The translations under genes were made by a program, and so were the position numbers. From an uncultured Planctomycetales bacterium (GTDB lineage: Bacteria; Planctomycetota; Phycisphaerae; UBA1845; PWPN01), in contig CAZUAI010000006.1 in the NCBI GenBank assembly GCA_964617875.1, positions 42,877-106,876 on the forward strand: a DNA stretch of 64,000 nt, given 5' to 3'. Of this stretch, positions 40,409 through 49,366 are shown piece after piece (the stretch's first letter is position 1; every line of letters begins with the position of its first letter). Under the pieces are notes generated by a model. That model was given only the letters and a program-made list of their open reading frames with translations. It was not told the DNA's origin and searched no databases.

Positions 40409-42292
40409 ATGGCAGACGAGCCGAAGCGGTTGCCGCCGGCCGGACCCCCATGGTGGTCGTCTCCTCTCGCACGTTTCCACGTTCCGGCCTTCCCACTTGT
40501 GAGGTCTTCGCGGCTCCCGACGCGGCGATACGCCGCATGGGGGTTGGTCGTCCTGCTGATCGCCGCATCCCCCGTCGCCGCTCACCCCCTGGGCAACGAC
40601 ACCATCACGCACTTCAGCGTTCTGTTCATCAATCCGAATCGCATCGAGCTGGACTTCCATCTGGATTTCGCCGAGATCCCCGCGAACGCCGCCCGCGAGT
40701 CGGAGATCGACGCCGACCGCGACGGCATCGACACGGCCGACGAACAACGGGCGTGGCTGGACCGAAAGGCCGTCGAGCACCTGCGCGACCTGCGCCTGGA
40801 GCTTGACGGCAGCGCCCTCGCGATCCGGCTGCTCGGCGAGGCACCGGCCTCGGGCCCGGCGTCCGCCCCGGCCGGCCCGCCGACGACGGGCGTCACGCGG
40901 ACGATCATGTCGATCGCGGGCGTCGCCGGGATGCCGACGTACCGGCTGATGATCCGCTACGTCGCCGACCTGCCCGCGGACCTGGGGACACGGCCGCACA
41001 CGCTCACGTACCTTGATGCGAGCTATCCGAGGAACCCCGGCCTGAAGCGTGTGCTCATCGGGCGTTCCGACGCCATCGTCATCGACGAGAAGGACCGCCA
41101 ATACCTGGACGAACCGCCCGACCCGTTTCTCTACGAACTCTACGACCCGTCCCGGATGCCGCAGGAACGCGAGGGCCGGGTGGTCTTCCGCATCGTCGCC
41201 CGGCCGGTCGAGACGCCGCGCCAGGACTCGTGGGCCCGATTCACGGACCCGCGCAACGACCCGGCGCGGACCGACCAGTACCGGCGGCAGGCAAAGCGAA
41301 TCGAAGGTCTCTTCGCCGGCGGCCTGTCGTTGCCGGTGCTTGCCCTGGTGGCCGCGCTCTGTTTCGGCTACGGCGCCTATCACGCCCTGATGCCCGGCCA
41401 CGCCAAGACGATCGTTGCCGCCTACCTGATCTCGATGCGCGGCACATGGCTGCACGCCGTCGCGCTGGCCGTCATCGTCACGCTGACGCACACGGCCCTG
41501 GTGATCGTCGTCGGCCTCGTGTTTCTCAAGGTCAGCGCGCCGGCCGGTTCGCGCCTCCAATTGTGGCTCGGGCTCTCCGCCGGCCTGATGATCGCCGGCA
41601 TGGGCGCGTGGCTCCTGTTCCGCGCCGTCAGCGGCCGGCTGCGGCTTCACCACGCCCACGCAACGGGCCACGACCATCATGAGCATGACCACCACGATCA
41701 TCACCACGCACACAGCCACGAGCACGGCCACTCCCACCACCACCACGCCGGCGCCCACGATCACGGCCGCAGTGGGCCCCAGACCCGGCGCGGCTGGCTC
41801 CGGACGCTGTTCACGCACAGCCACCCGCCGCCCCCGGTCGGCACGCACGGCCATGCCCACGACCACGATCACGAACACGCACACGGCCCGCCGGGTTCGG
41901 CCGGCACCGCTTCGGCAACCGCGGCGGTCGGCCCGCAGTTGACCTGGCGGCTGCTGGTGTGGCTGGGCGTCAGCGGCGGGATCGTGCCGTGCCCGGCGGC
42001 CGTCTGGATCATGCTCCTCGGCATCGCCCAGGGGAAGCCCGGCGCCGGCCTGTTCGCGGTTCTCATGTTCGGCGCGGGGCTGGCCTTGACCCTCATGCTG
42101 ATCGGCCTTCTGGCCCTGTCCAGCCGCCGTTTCGCCGAGCGGCTCATGGGCACGGAGGGTTCGCAGCGATGGCTGCTGGGCGTGCTCCCGGCGATGGGCG
42201 GTCTGGTGGTCCTGGCCCTGGGGGGCGTCATCACGGCCAACTACGCCATGATCATGGCGCGGGGCGAGCCGCTCATCGCGGGCTTCGGCTGA
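40409..42292 (+). CDS. DUF1007-like periplasmic domain fused to NicO/RcnA-family Ni/Co transporter with His-rich loop
   Basis: Signal peptide ...LVVLLIAASPVAA/HPLGND, HAxMPGHAK motif, the loop HHAHATGHDHHEHDHHDHHHAHSHEHGHSHHHHAGAHDHG, and a second half with GIVPCPAA. The start may be an internal GTG near 40499. Confidence 0.75.
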   Translation: MADEPKRLPPAGPPWWSSPLARFHVPAFPLVRSSRLPTRRYAAWGLVVLLIAASPVAAHPLGNDTITHFSVLFINPNRIELDFHLDFAEIPANAARESEIDADRDGIDTADEQRAWLDRKAVEHLRDLRLELDGSALAIRLLGEAPASGPASAPAGPPTTGVTRTIMSIAGVAGMPTYRLMIRYVADLPADLGTRPHTLTYLDASYPRNPGLKRVLIGRSDAIVIDEKDRQYLDEPPDPFLYELYDPSRMPQEREGRVVFRIVARPVETPRQDSWARFTDPRNDPARTDQYRRQAKRIEGLFAGGLSLPVLALVAALCFGYGAYHALMPGHAKTIVAAYLISMRGTWLHAVALAVIVTLTHTALVIVVGLVFLKVSAPAGSRLQLWLGLSAGLMIAGMGAWLLFRAVSGRLRLHHAHATGHDHHEHDHHDHHHAHSHEHGHSHHHHAGAHDHGRSGPQTRRGWLRTLFTHSHPPPPVGTHGHAHDHDHEHAHGPPGSAGTASATAAVGPQLTWRLLVWLGVSGGIVPCPAAVWIMLLGIAQGKPGAGLFAVLMFGAGLALTLMLIGLLALSSRRFAERLMGTEGSQRWLLGVLPAMGGLVVLALGGVITANYAMIMARGEPLIAGFG

Positions 42293-42337
42293 TCGGCGGG
42301 GGGGCATGGCCGACCTGCGTACGAGGCGGGGCCGCCC

Positions 42338-42366
42338 GTTGTGCAAACGAAGGTTATCGGGTATAC
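42338..42366 (+). promoter_or_regulatory. candidate sigma70 promoter (TTGTGC-17-TATACT) ahead of the zinc-ribbon ORF and trpE
   Basis: Reads ccgTTGTGCaaacgaaggttatcgggTATACTgcaa. It would give a ~160-nt leader. Confidence 0.4.
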
Positions 42367-42534
42367 TGCAATACGGAAGCTGACGGCAACGGCCTTCGGC
42401 AGTTCGACATGATGTCCGGAACGAGCACGCCGTCAGGTGACCTTCTCGGCGATGGTGCCGGTGACCTTCGGCGAGGCGTTGTTGCCTGAGCCCCCAGGAG
42501 GGGGCCGTGCGGGCGAGGCACAGGAGGTAGGCCC

Positions 42535-42720
42535 GTGAGCAAACGCATCGTCAACAACTCCAAGCCGGATCCCTTTGCCGGCCAGACCGCCCGCACCCGC
42601 ATCTGCCTTGTCTGCGACCGAACGTTCCTCTCCAGCGGCCCCGGGAACCGGATCTGCCCGCGGTGTTCGCACCGCCGCCGTTCCGACACGCCGATCCACA
42701 CGCACACGATGCGGGGCTGA
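42535..42720 (+). CDS. small C4 zinc-ribbon protein (61 aa)
   Basis: GTG start with GGAGG 8 nt upstream. ICLVCDRTF-x13-ICPRCSH is a C-x2-C-x13-C-x2-C arrangement. Confidence 0.5.
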   Translation: MSKRIVNNSKPDPFAGQTARTRICLVCDRTFLSSGPGNRICPRCSHRRRSDTPIHTHTMRG

Positions 42721-42802
42721 GGAACCGGAACCCGCGCCGTTGCGCTGCGGCGCACCAGGAGCGGCTTGACCCCTTTTCCCCGCGGCCGATACCATACCCG
42801 GC

Positions 42803-44305
42803 ATGCCGAAGTTCTTTCCCGCGTTCGACGAGTTCACGCGCCTGGCGGCCCAGGGCAACATGATCCCCGTGTATGCCCAGCTGATCGGGGACCACCTGAC
42901 GCCCGTGACGGCCTTCGCCAACATCGCGCGGACGACCGACCACGCCTTTCTGCTCGAGAGCGTTGTCGGCGGCGAGAAGATCGCGCGGTATTCGTTTATC
43001 GCGGCCTCGCCGTACGCCGTCTTTGAGGCCACGCGCGAGAACGTGCGCATCAGCATGGAGCGGGGCGTCCGCAAGCTGACGACGGCCGACCCGCTCACCG
43101 AACTCGAGAAGCTGCTGAAGGACTGCCGCGCGGTTCACCTGCCGCGGCTGCCGCGGTTCGTCGGCGGGGCGGTGGGGTACGCGGCGTACGACATGGTGCG
43201 GTACTATGAGCGCCTGCCGGACGCCCCGGCGGACGACCGCAACCTTCCCGACCTGCTCTTCGGGCTTTACGACACGATGGTCATCTTCGACCACGTGCAG
43301 AAGACGATCCTCGTCGTCAGCCACGCGCACATCGACCGCGAGGGGGACCGGCTCGGCTACGAAAACGCGTGCGCCCGCATCGAGCAGACGATCGAGACGC
43401 TGTCGCAGCCGGCCGACATGAGCATCGGGCACATCGCCGTCACGGGCGATCCGACGCTCGGCTTCCAGAGCAACTTCACCCGGGCCGCCTTCGAGAAGGC
43501 CGTCGGTTCGTGCAAGGAGTACATACGCGCGGGCGACATCTTCCAGGTCGTGCTGTCGCAGCGGCTGGACCTCGAGACGCAGGCCGACCCGTTCAACATC
43601 TACCGCGCGCTGCGGATCGTGAACCCGTCGCCGTTCATGTTCTACCTCAAGAGCCCGAAGGTCGTGCTCGTCGGCTCGTCGCCGGAGATCATGTGCCGTG
43701 TCGAGGACGGCGTCATCACGAACCGCCCGCTGGCCGGCACCCGGCGCCGCGGACGGACGGACGAGGAGGACCTGGCCCTCGAGCACGAGCTGCTCGCCGA
43801 CCCGAAGGAGCGGGCCGAGCACATCATGCTCGTGGACCTCGGCCGCAACGACGTCGGCCGCGTGGCCGAGCTGGGCAGCGTGGAGCTGAGCGACGTGATG
43901 ACCATCGAGCGTTACAGCCATGTGATGCACATCTGCAGCAACGTGAGCGGGCGCCTCGCCCGGGGCCGGACGTGCTTCGACGCCCTGCGGGCGGCTCTGC
44001 CTGTCGGCACGGTGAGCGGGGCGCCGAAGATCCGCGCCATGGAGATCATCGACGAGTTCGAGCCGACGCGGCGAGGGCCGTACGCGGGCGCCGTCGGCTA
44101 CATCGACTTCGCCGGCAACATGGACACCTGCATCGCGCTGCGGACGATGGTGATTACCCCCGGCGAGCGCGGCAACCGCGTCTACATCCAGGCCGGCGCG
44201 GGCATCGTCGCCGACTCCGAACCCGCGCTCGAGTACGAAGAGACGATCAACAAGGCCAAGGGCATGCTGCGGGCCGTCGAGATCGCCGAGAAGGGCTTCC
44301 AGTAA
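42803..44305 (+). CDS. trpE: anthranilate synthase component I
   Basis: 500 aa with LLESVVGGEKIARYSF, chorismate-binding domain, GAVGYIDFAGNMDTCIALRT. Confidence 0.95.
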   Translation: MPKFFPAFDEFTRLAAQGNMIPVYAQLIGDHLTPVTAFANIARTTDHAFLLESVVGGEKIARYSFIAASPYAVFEATRENVRISMERGVRKLTTADPLTELEKLLKDCRAVHLPRLPRFVGGAVGYAAYDMVRYYERLPDAPADDRNLPDLLFGLYDTMVIFDHVQKTILVVSHAHIDREGDRLGYENACARIEQTIETLSQPADMSIGHIAVTGDPTLGFQSNFTRAAFEKAVGSCKEYIRAGDIFQVVLSQRLDLETQADPFNIYRALRIVNPSPFMFYLKSPKVVLVGSSPEIMCRVEDGVITNRPLAGTRRRGRTDEEDLALEHELLADPKERAEHIMLVDLGRNDVGRVAELGSVELSDVMTIERYSHVMHICSNVSGRLARGRTCFDALRAALPVGTVSGAPKIRAMEIIDEFEPTRRGPYAGAVGYIDFAGNMDTCIALRTMVITPGERGNRVYIQAGAGIVADSEPALEYEETINKAKGMLRAVEIAEKGFQ

Positions 44306-44532
44306 ACCCACTTCCTTCAAGGCGGCGAACCGGCCGCATTGCCGGGGACGTTCGACCGGGTCAAGGGCGGCCGGCCGGCTGTCACACATGGATGCCCCTG
44401 GGATTTGCTTATCTTGGGGCTGGCCGGACGAGCGGCGTGAGCGTATCATAATCCGTCAGACGCCATCGGCGATTGCGCGTTGTGTGACGAGGTGTCACAG
44501 GCCCGCGGGCGGGCGCGTTCCGGAGTCGCGTT

Positions 44533-45054
44533 ATGGACAATCAGGAATCGGCTGCAGTCGGCCAGGCCCCGCTCGCCGAACGGCGCTGCCCGGTAACCGG
44601 CCGGGAGACAGTTCACCGCGACAGATTCGTGGAACGTCTGGTTCGCGTCATTCGCTGGGCGGTCCGGGTGCTGGCCGTCCTGATGGTCTTCGTGATCATC
44701 ATGGGCGTGATCGACGTGATCTGGGTCCTTTACCAGCGACTCGTCGCTCCGCCGTTCATGCTCCTCGAGATCAGCGACATCCTGGGAACCTTCGGCGCCT
44801 TCATGGCCGTGCTGATCGCCATCGAGATCTTCGTCAACATCACCATTTATCTGCGCGAGGACGTGATCCACATCCGGATCGTCATGGCGACCGCCCTGAT
44901 GGCGATTGCCCGGAAGGTGATCATCCTGGACATGAAAGAGGTGAGCATGCATGAGATGCTCGGCCTGGCCGCCGTTACCCTGGCGATGAGCATCGGTTAC
45001 TGGCTGGTCGTGGGAAACCCGTTTGCGTCCAGGGCTCCGGCAGACAATCATTGA
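44533..45054 (+). CDS. psiE: PsiE-family membrane protein (phosphate-starvation-inducible)
   Basis: 173 aa, 4 TM, DILGTFGAFMAVLIAIEIFVNITIYL. Confidence 0.7.
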   Translation: MDNQESAAVGQAPLAERRCPVTGRETVHRDRFVERLVRVIRWAVRVLAVLMVFVIIMGVIDVIWVLYQRLVAPPFMLLEISDILGTFGAFMAVLIAIEIFVNITIYLREDVIHIRIVMATALMAIARKVIILDMKEVSMHEMLGLAAVTLAMSIGYWLVVGNPFASRAPADNH

Positions 45055-45159
45055 TCGGCGTCGCGCCGGCGGCTCGCGGCGCGAGACGGAACAGGGTATA
45101 GTCGATCGCAGGCGGTCACGAAGCAACGTGACGGCGTTTCATCCTGGCGAGGTGCTCTG

Positions 45160-46059
45160 ATGAAGAATCTCAAGAAACTCGGCGTGTACCTGAGTGACGA
45201 ACCGGGCGACAGGGAGGCCCTGGCGTTCGCCAGCCTGCTCGCGAAGCTGGGGAAACCCGAGTCGATCGATTGCCTGCACGTGCGCGGCATCGAGGATCCG
45301 GTGGAGACGCCGCCTCCGGCGCCCGAGATCCTGCGCCAGAACGTTCTGGAGGTCTTCTCCGAGGATCTGGCCAAGGGCGTCCAGGTCCACGTGTCCGAGG
45401 CGACCGGTCTTCAGGAGATGCTTCGTACGGCGCGGGACCACGATCTGGACATGATTGTCGTCGGACGCCGCCTGCCGCACGATCAGCTGGCGGTGGGGAC
45501 GGCTTTCTACCGGCTGGCGCGGAAGACACCGTGCGACGTGCTGGTTGTTCCCGCCGGTGCGCACCCCCATCTCAGCCGTCTGCTGGTTCTGGTGGACGGT
45601 TCCGAGCACTCCCGGATGGCGCTGGAGACGGCGCTCTACATCGCAAGGCTCAGCAGGAGCAAATCGCAGGTGCTGGCGCAGTCCGTGTACGGCGTCCCCT
45701 ACGGCCACCAGTATACCGGGATGAACATCGAGCAGGCACAGCGTCACCGGGAAGCACTGCAGCGGAAGAGGATCGAAGAGTCTCTGGCGAATATCGACAC
45801 CAGCGGCGTGGCTTTCGACATCGTCTACACCTGCTCCATGAACACGGCCGCCGCCGCCCACGATATGGCTTCGGCAAGAAGCATGGACGTCATTGTGGTC
45901 GGAAGCCGCGGAGCGACGCTGCCGGCCATCGCCCTGCTCGGGGGCACGACCGAACGGGTTCTGCTGGAGGCCCCCGTTCCGGTGCTGGTGGTCAAGCGCA
46001 AGGGCGAGACCTTCCGGTTCCTCGACGCGCTCCTCGAGAACTTCCAGCCCGGGTCGTGA
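45160..46059 (+). CDS. tandem-domain universal stress protein
   Basis: Two UspA domains (DMIVVGRRL...CDVLVVP and DVIVVGSRGATL...VPVLVV). Confidence 0.85.
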   Translation: MKNLKKLGVYLSDEPGDREALAFASLLAKLGKPESIDCLHVRGIEDPVETPPPAPEILRQNVLEVFSEDLAKGVQVHVSEATGLQEMLRTARDHDLDMIVVGRRLPHDQLAVGTAFYRLARKTPCDVLVVPAGAHPHLSRLLVLVDGSEHSRMALETALYIARLSRSKSQVLAQSVYGVPYGHQYTGMNIEQAQRHREALQRKRIEESLANIDTSGVAFDIVYTCSMNTAAAAHDMASARSMDVIVVGSRGATLPAIALLGGTTERVLLEAPVPVLVVKRKGETFRFLDALLENFQPGS

Positions 46060-46285
46060 GACGGGCGGTTCATGCCGCCCGGAGGGAAGGTGCCGGGCGC
46101 AACACGGGGCAGGATCAACCCGGTTCGGCACGCTGGTCGCGCGGACCGCGCGGGGGACGGCGGCCGGCATCGCGTCGTCCACAACCCTCGCAACGACGGA
46201 CCGCCTGAAAGCGAGCGGGCAACGCGAGAGTGTCCTTGCGTCTTGCAGGGGCCGGCGAGGAATCCGACGGCCCGGGTCCGCCGCG

Positions 46286-47539
46286 TCAGCCGTTGAACTC
46301 GTGTACGGCGTCGATCATCGCCACGATGTTGGCCACGGGCGTGCGGGCCTGGACGTTGTGAATCGCGTCGAAGACGAACCCGCCGCCCTTCGCGAAGATC
46401 TCGCACCGTTCCAGCACCTGCCGGCGGACCTCGGCGGGCGTGCCGAACGGCAGGACCTTCTGCGTGTCCACGCCGCCGCCCCAGAACGTCAGCCGGTCGC
46501 CGTAGGCCTTCTTGAGGTGCGCGGCGTCCATGCCCGCCGCCGAGCACTGCACCGGGTTGAACACGTCGAAGCCGGCCTCGATGAACTGGTTCAGGAACTT
46601 CTCGACCGCGCCGCACGAGTGCTTGAACGACTTCCATGTCGTGTTCGTGTGGATCCAGTCGTTCACCCGCTTGTAGTAGGGCATGTAGAGTTCGGCGAAC
46701 GTCGCCTCGGAGCAGAATGCCGACGTCTGCGTGCCGAAGTCCGTGCCGCAGACGAAGACGCAATCCACCGCGTTGCCGACGCGGGCGTGGATCTTCGCGA
46801 GGTTTGCCAGGGCCATCTCGCACTGCCTGGCGAACACCGTGTGGATGTAGTCCTGCCGCGTGACGGTCGAGACGTACCATTCCTCGATGTCGCGGATGCC
46901 CTTCGGGTGCTTGAGGAACGGGGCCGGGACGAGGGCGATGTCGCCGAAGGCCGTGCCGCCGAACGTGGCGACGACGCCGCGTCCGGTGGCGGACGCCCGT
47001 TTGACCTCGCGCTCGAAATGCACAAGGTCGGCATCGGCGATCGGGCCGAACTCTTCGAGGTTGTCTTCGGGGTCGAGCCGGCTGTCGTCGATGGGCGGCT
47101 GGCGGACGATCGTGTCGAAGAAATAGCTGCCGGCGGGCATCCGGCCGCTCGGCGGCGCGGACCGGTCTCCGCCCGGGTAGATGAACACGTCGCCCTTGGC
47201 GTCGGTCGTGGTCTCGAACCGCCCGGGGACGAGCACGTCCAGCCCGAACGGCGTCCGCCACTCCTTCCAGTCCGTGTTCGGGAAGCCGAACATGTTGTTG
47301 CGCGGCACGACGCCGGCGAGGTCGAGTCCCATCGCATCGGCCAGGTCATCATCCACCCAGCCGAGCATCTGATAGGGCTCGTGCACCTTCACGAGCTGCT
47401 TCGCGAGGCCGTAGTGCTCCCGCAGCGCGGCGACGGCCGTCACGTGCATCCCGGTGACGGCGGTCCCGCCGAAATCCATGGGCACCCTGTCCGGCTGCCG
47501 GTGATTCAGCGCCGCAACCACGCGTTCCTTGCTGGTCAT
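46286..47539 (-). CDS. uroporphyrinogen decarboxylase (URO-D)-family protein
   Basis: MTSKERVVAALNHRQPDRVPMDFGGTA... matches the URO-D/MtaA-like fold. Confidence 0.75.
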   Translation of the reverse strand: MTSKERVVAALNHRQPDRVPMDFGGTAVTGMHVTAVAALREHYGLAKQLVKVHEPYQMLGWVDDDLADAMGLDLAGVVPRNNMFGFPNTDWKEWRTPFGLDVLVPGRFETTTDAKGDVFIYPGGDRSAPPSGRMPAGSYFFDTIVRQPPIDDSRLDPEDNLEEFGPIADADLVHFEREVKRASATGRGVVATFGGTAFGDIALVPAPFLKHPKGIRDIEEWYVSTVTRQDYIHTVFARQCEMALANLAKIHARVGNAVDCVFVCGTDFGTQTSAFCSEATFAELYMPYYKRVNDWIHTNTTWKSFKHSCGAVEKFLNQFIEAGFDVFNPVQCSAAGMDAAHLKKAYGDRLTFWGGGVDTQKVLPFGTPAEVRRQVLERCEIFAKGGGFVFDAIHNVQARTPVANIVAMIDAVHEFNG

Positions 47540-47787
47540 GTCCGAAGTCCCTCGTATGGCCGATCGAGGATTATCGTGCAGGATTACCCGCGGGACAAGC
47601 GGCGGAACGGGATGGCGGCTGAGGCGTCGTAAGCCGTCCGGCCATTCGCATACGGCACGCGCTCACCGTCAGGGCAGCGCCGCACGCCGGCGCCCTGCGG
47701 GACGCCGGCGGTCGTGCCCACGGCGCTTCGATCGCCCGCGGCGATTCGGCAGGTCGATTCTTCCCCCGGAAGCCGCTGATGCGGCGG

Positions 47788-49200
47788 TCAGTCCCTGGGA
47801 CACTCGTTCTTGAACCACCAGATCGCCGACGGGATGCCGATCACGGCACCGCCGACGTGCGTGATGCCCTGGCCCGGGCGGCCGATCGGGTGGAACCGCA
47901 GCCAGTCGCCCGCGCCCGCCGCCTTGAACGTGTTGTACGTCATCTCCGAGTTCGCGTACGGCACGCAGTCGTCGTCGGGCGATGCCATCATCAGCATCGG
48001 CCGTTCCGGGAACCAGCCCGACCACAGGTTGTTCGCCGTCAGGATCCGGCCGACTTCGCTCGTCTCGTAGACGGCATCCTCGAGCTGCTGCGCCACCCAG
48101 CTCGCGTTCATCATGCTCCGCGGGTTGACCTGGCCTGCTCCGACGCCCATCCGCTGCTCGATGAGCGTGTCGGCGTCGTCGCCCGTCAAGGAGCCGTCCA
48201 TCCACGTCACGAGGTCCGGCAGCAGCAACGAGTTGATGGACGCGTTCGGGTCGAACGGGCCGTCGGGATAGACCGCGTGATACCCCAGGATCATGTACGG
48301 CAGGAAGAACGGCCGTGCGAAGTGCAGATCGCGGTCCAGCATCATGTGCCGCATGGCCCCGGTCAGGTCGAACGGCCCCGCCATGCACGCCGAGCCCGTA
48401 AGCCGCAGCCCGGGATACCGGTCCGCGTTGAGCTGCAGCTCTTTGACGGTCGCCATCGCGGCGTAGCCGCCCTCGGAATAACCGAGAATGTAGAGGCGGC
48501 CGTCCCACTGGTAGCGAAGGCTGAGTTCCCAGTCGAAGGCTTCGTTGACGGCCCGGATCATGTCCGTGACGGCATACGCCAGAGACTTCTCATGGCAGTA
48601 GGGGTGGTAGGCATTCGGGTCCGCCCCGCCCATGCCGGGCAGGTCGGGCATCGCGACGGCGAACCCGCCGAACAATGCCCCCGCCGCGCCGAAGACCCAT
48701 TCGTCGCCCCTGTTGCGGGACGGCACGCGGTCCCGCTCGAGTTCCGTTCCGTGCGGATACGCGATGAGCGAGACCGATCGCCGCCGCCACTCAAACAGGC
48801 CCGGCCGCGGCAGGTACAACATGCCCGTCAGCGTGATCGGCCGGCCGTTCGCGTCGCGCGAACGGTACGTGACGGGGTAATGCACCACCGAATGGGCGAG
48901 CGCCGTCTGCAGCAACTCCAGCCACTTGTCGTACCACGCGCCGACCTGATCGATCTCGTCGCCGATCCGGTTGCTGACCTCCTCCGGCGGGAAGCCGAGC
49001 TTGTCGGTGACGAGCGGGTCGTGCGTCTGCCGAACCTCCTCCGGCGACTCGCAATCCCACTGTCCCAGATTCACCAGATATTGGTGCCCTTCCGGCGGCG
49101 GCAGCGGGATCGGGATGTCTCCGCATCCTCCATCGAGGACGGCGGCGGTGAGAATGGCCCAGAGCATGATGGTGCGGGCGTAACGCCGCTCCTGTGGCAT
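47788..49200 (-). CDS. secreted alpha/beta-hydrolase (lipase-like, GYSEGG nucleophile elbow)
   Basis: Signal peptide TIMLWAILTAAVLDGGCGD, GxSxG motif GYSEGG. The ORF is open to 49248. Confidence 0.65.
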   Translation of the reverse strand: MPQERRYARTIMLWAILTAAVLDGGCGDIPIPLPPPEGHQYLVNLGQWDCESPEEVRQTHDPLVTDKLGFPPEEVSNRIGDEIDQVGAWYDKWLELLQTALAHSVVHYPVTYRSRDANGRPITLTGMLYLPRPGLFEWRRRSVSLIAYPHGTELERDRVPSRNRGDEWVFGAAGALFGGFAVAMPDLPGMGGADPNAYHPYCHEKSLAYAVTDMIRAVNEAFDWELSLRYQWDGRLYILGYSEGGYAAMATVKELQLNADRYPGLRLTGSACMAGPFDLTGAMRHMMLDRDLHFARPFFLPYMILGYHAVYPDGPFDPNASINSLLLPDLVTWMDGSLTGDDADTLIEQRMGVGAGQVNPRSMMNASWVAQQLEDAVYETSEVGRILTANNLWSGWFPERPMLMMASPDDDCVPYANSEMTYNTFKAAGAGDWLRFHPIGRPGQGITHVGGAVIGIPSAIWWFKNECPRD

Positions 49201-49366
49201 GAGAGGTGCTCCCACGAAGGCTTGACCCGCACGGCGATTGCGTGACACTTCGTGCCTGGATTATCGGCCGGTGCCGGGTCCTCCTTGATGCGGGAAACGG
49301 ATTTCGGCGGCCGGAAACGGCAGCACGTCGCGGCGGGGGCGACGGCCGATAATCGCCGCCGTCTCG

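Noticed and set aside
42373-42534. trp attenuator leader peptide upstream of trpE
   Set aside because: The only short ORF in the leader (27 codons) contains no Trp codons.
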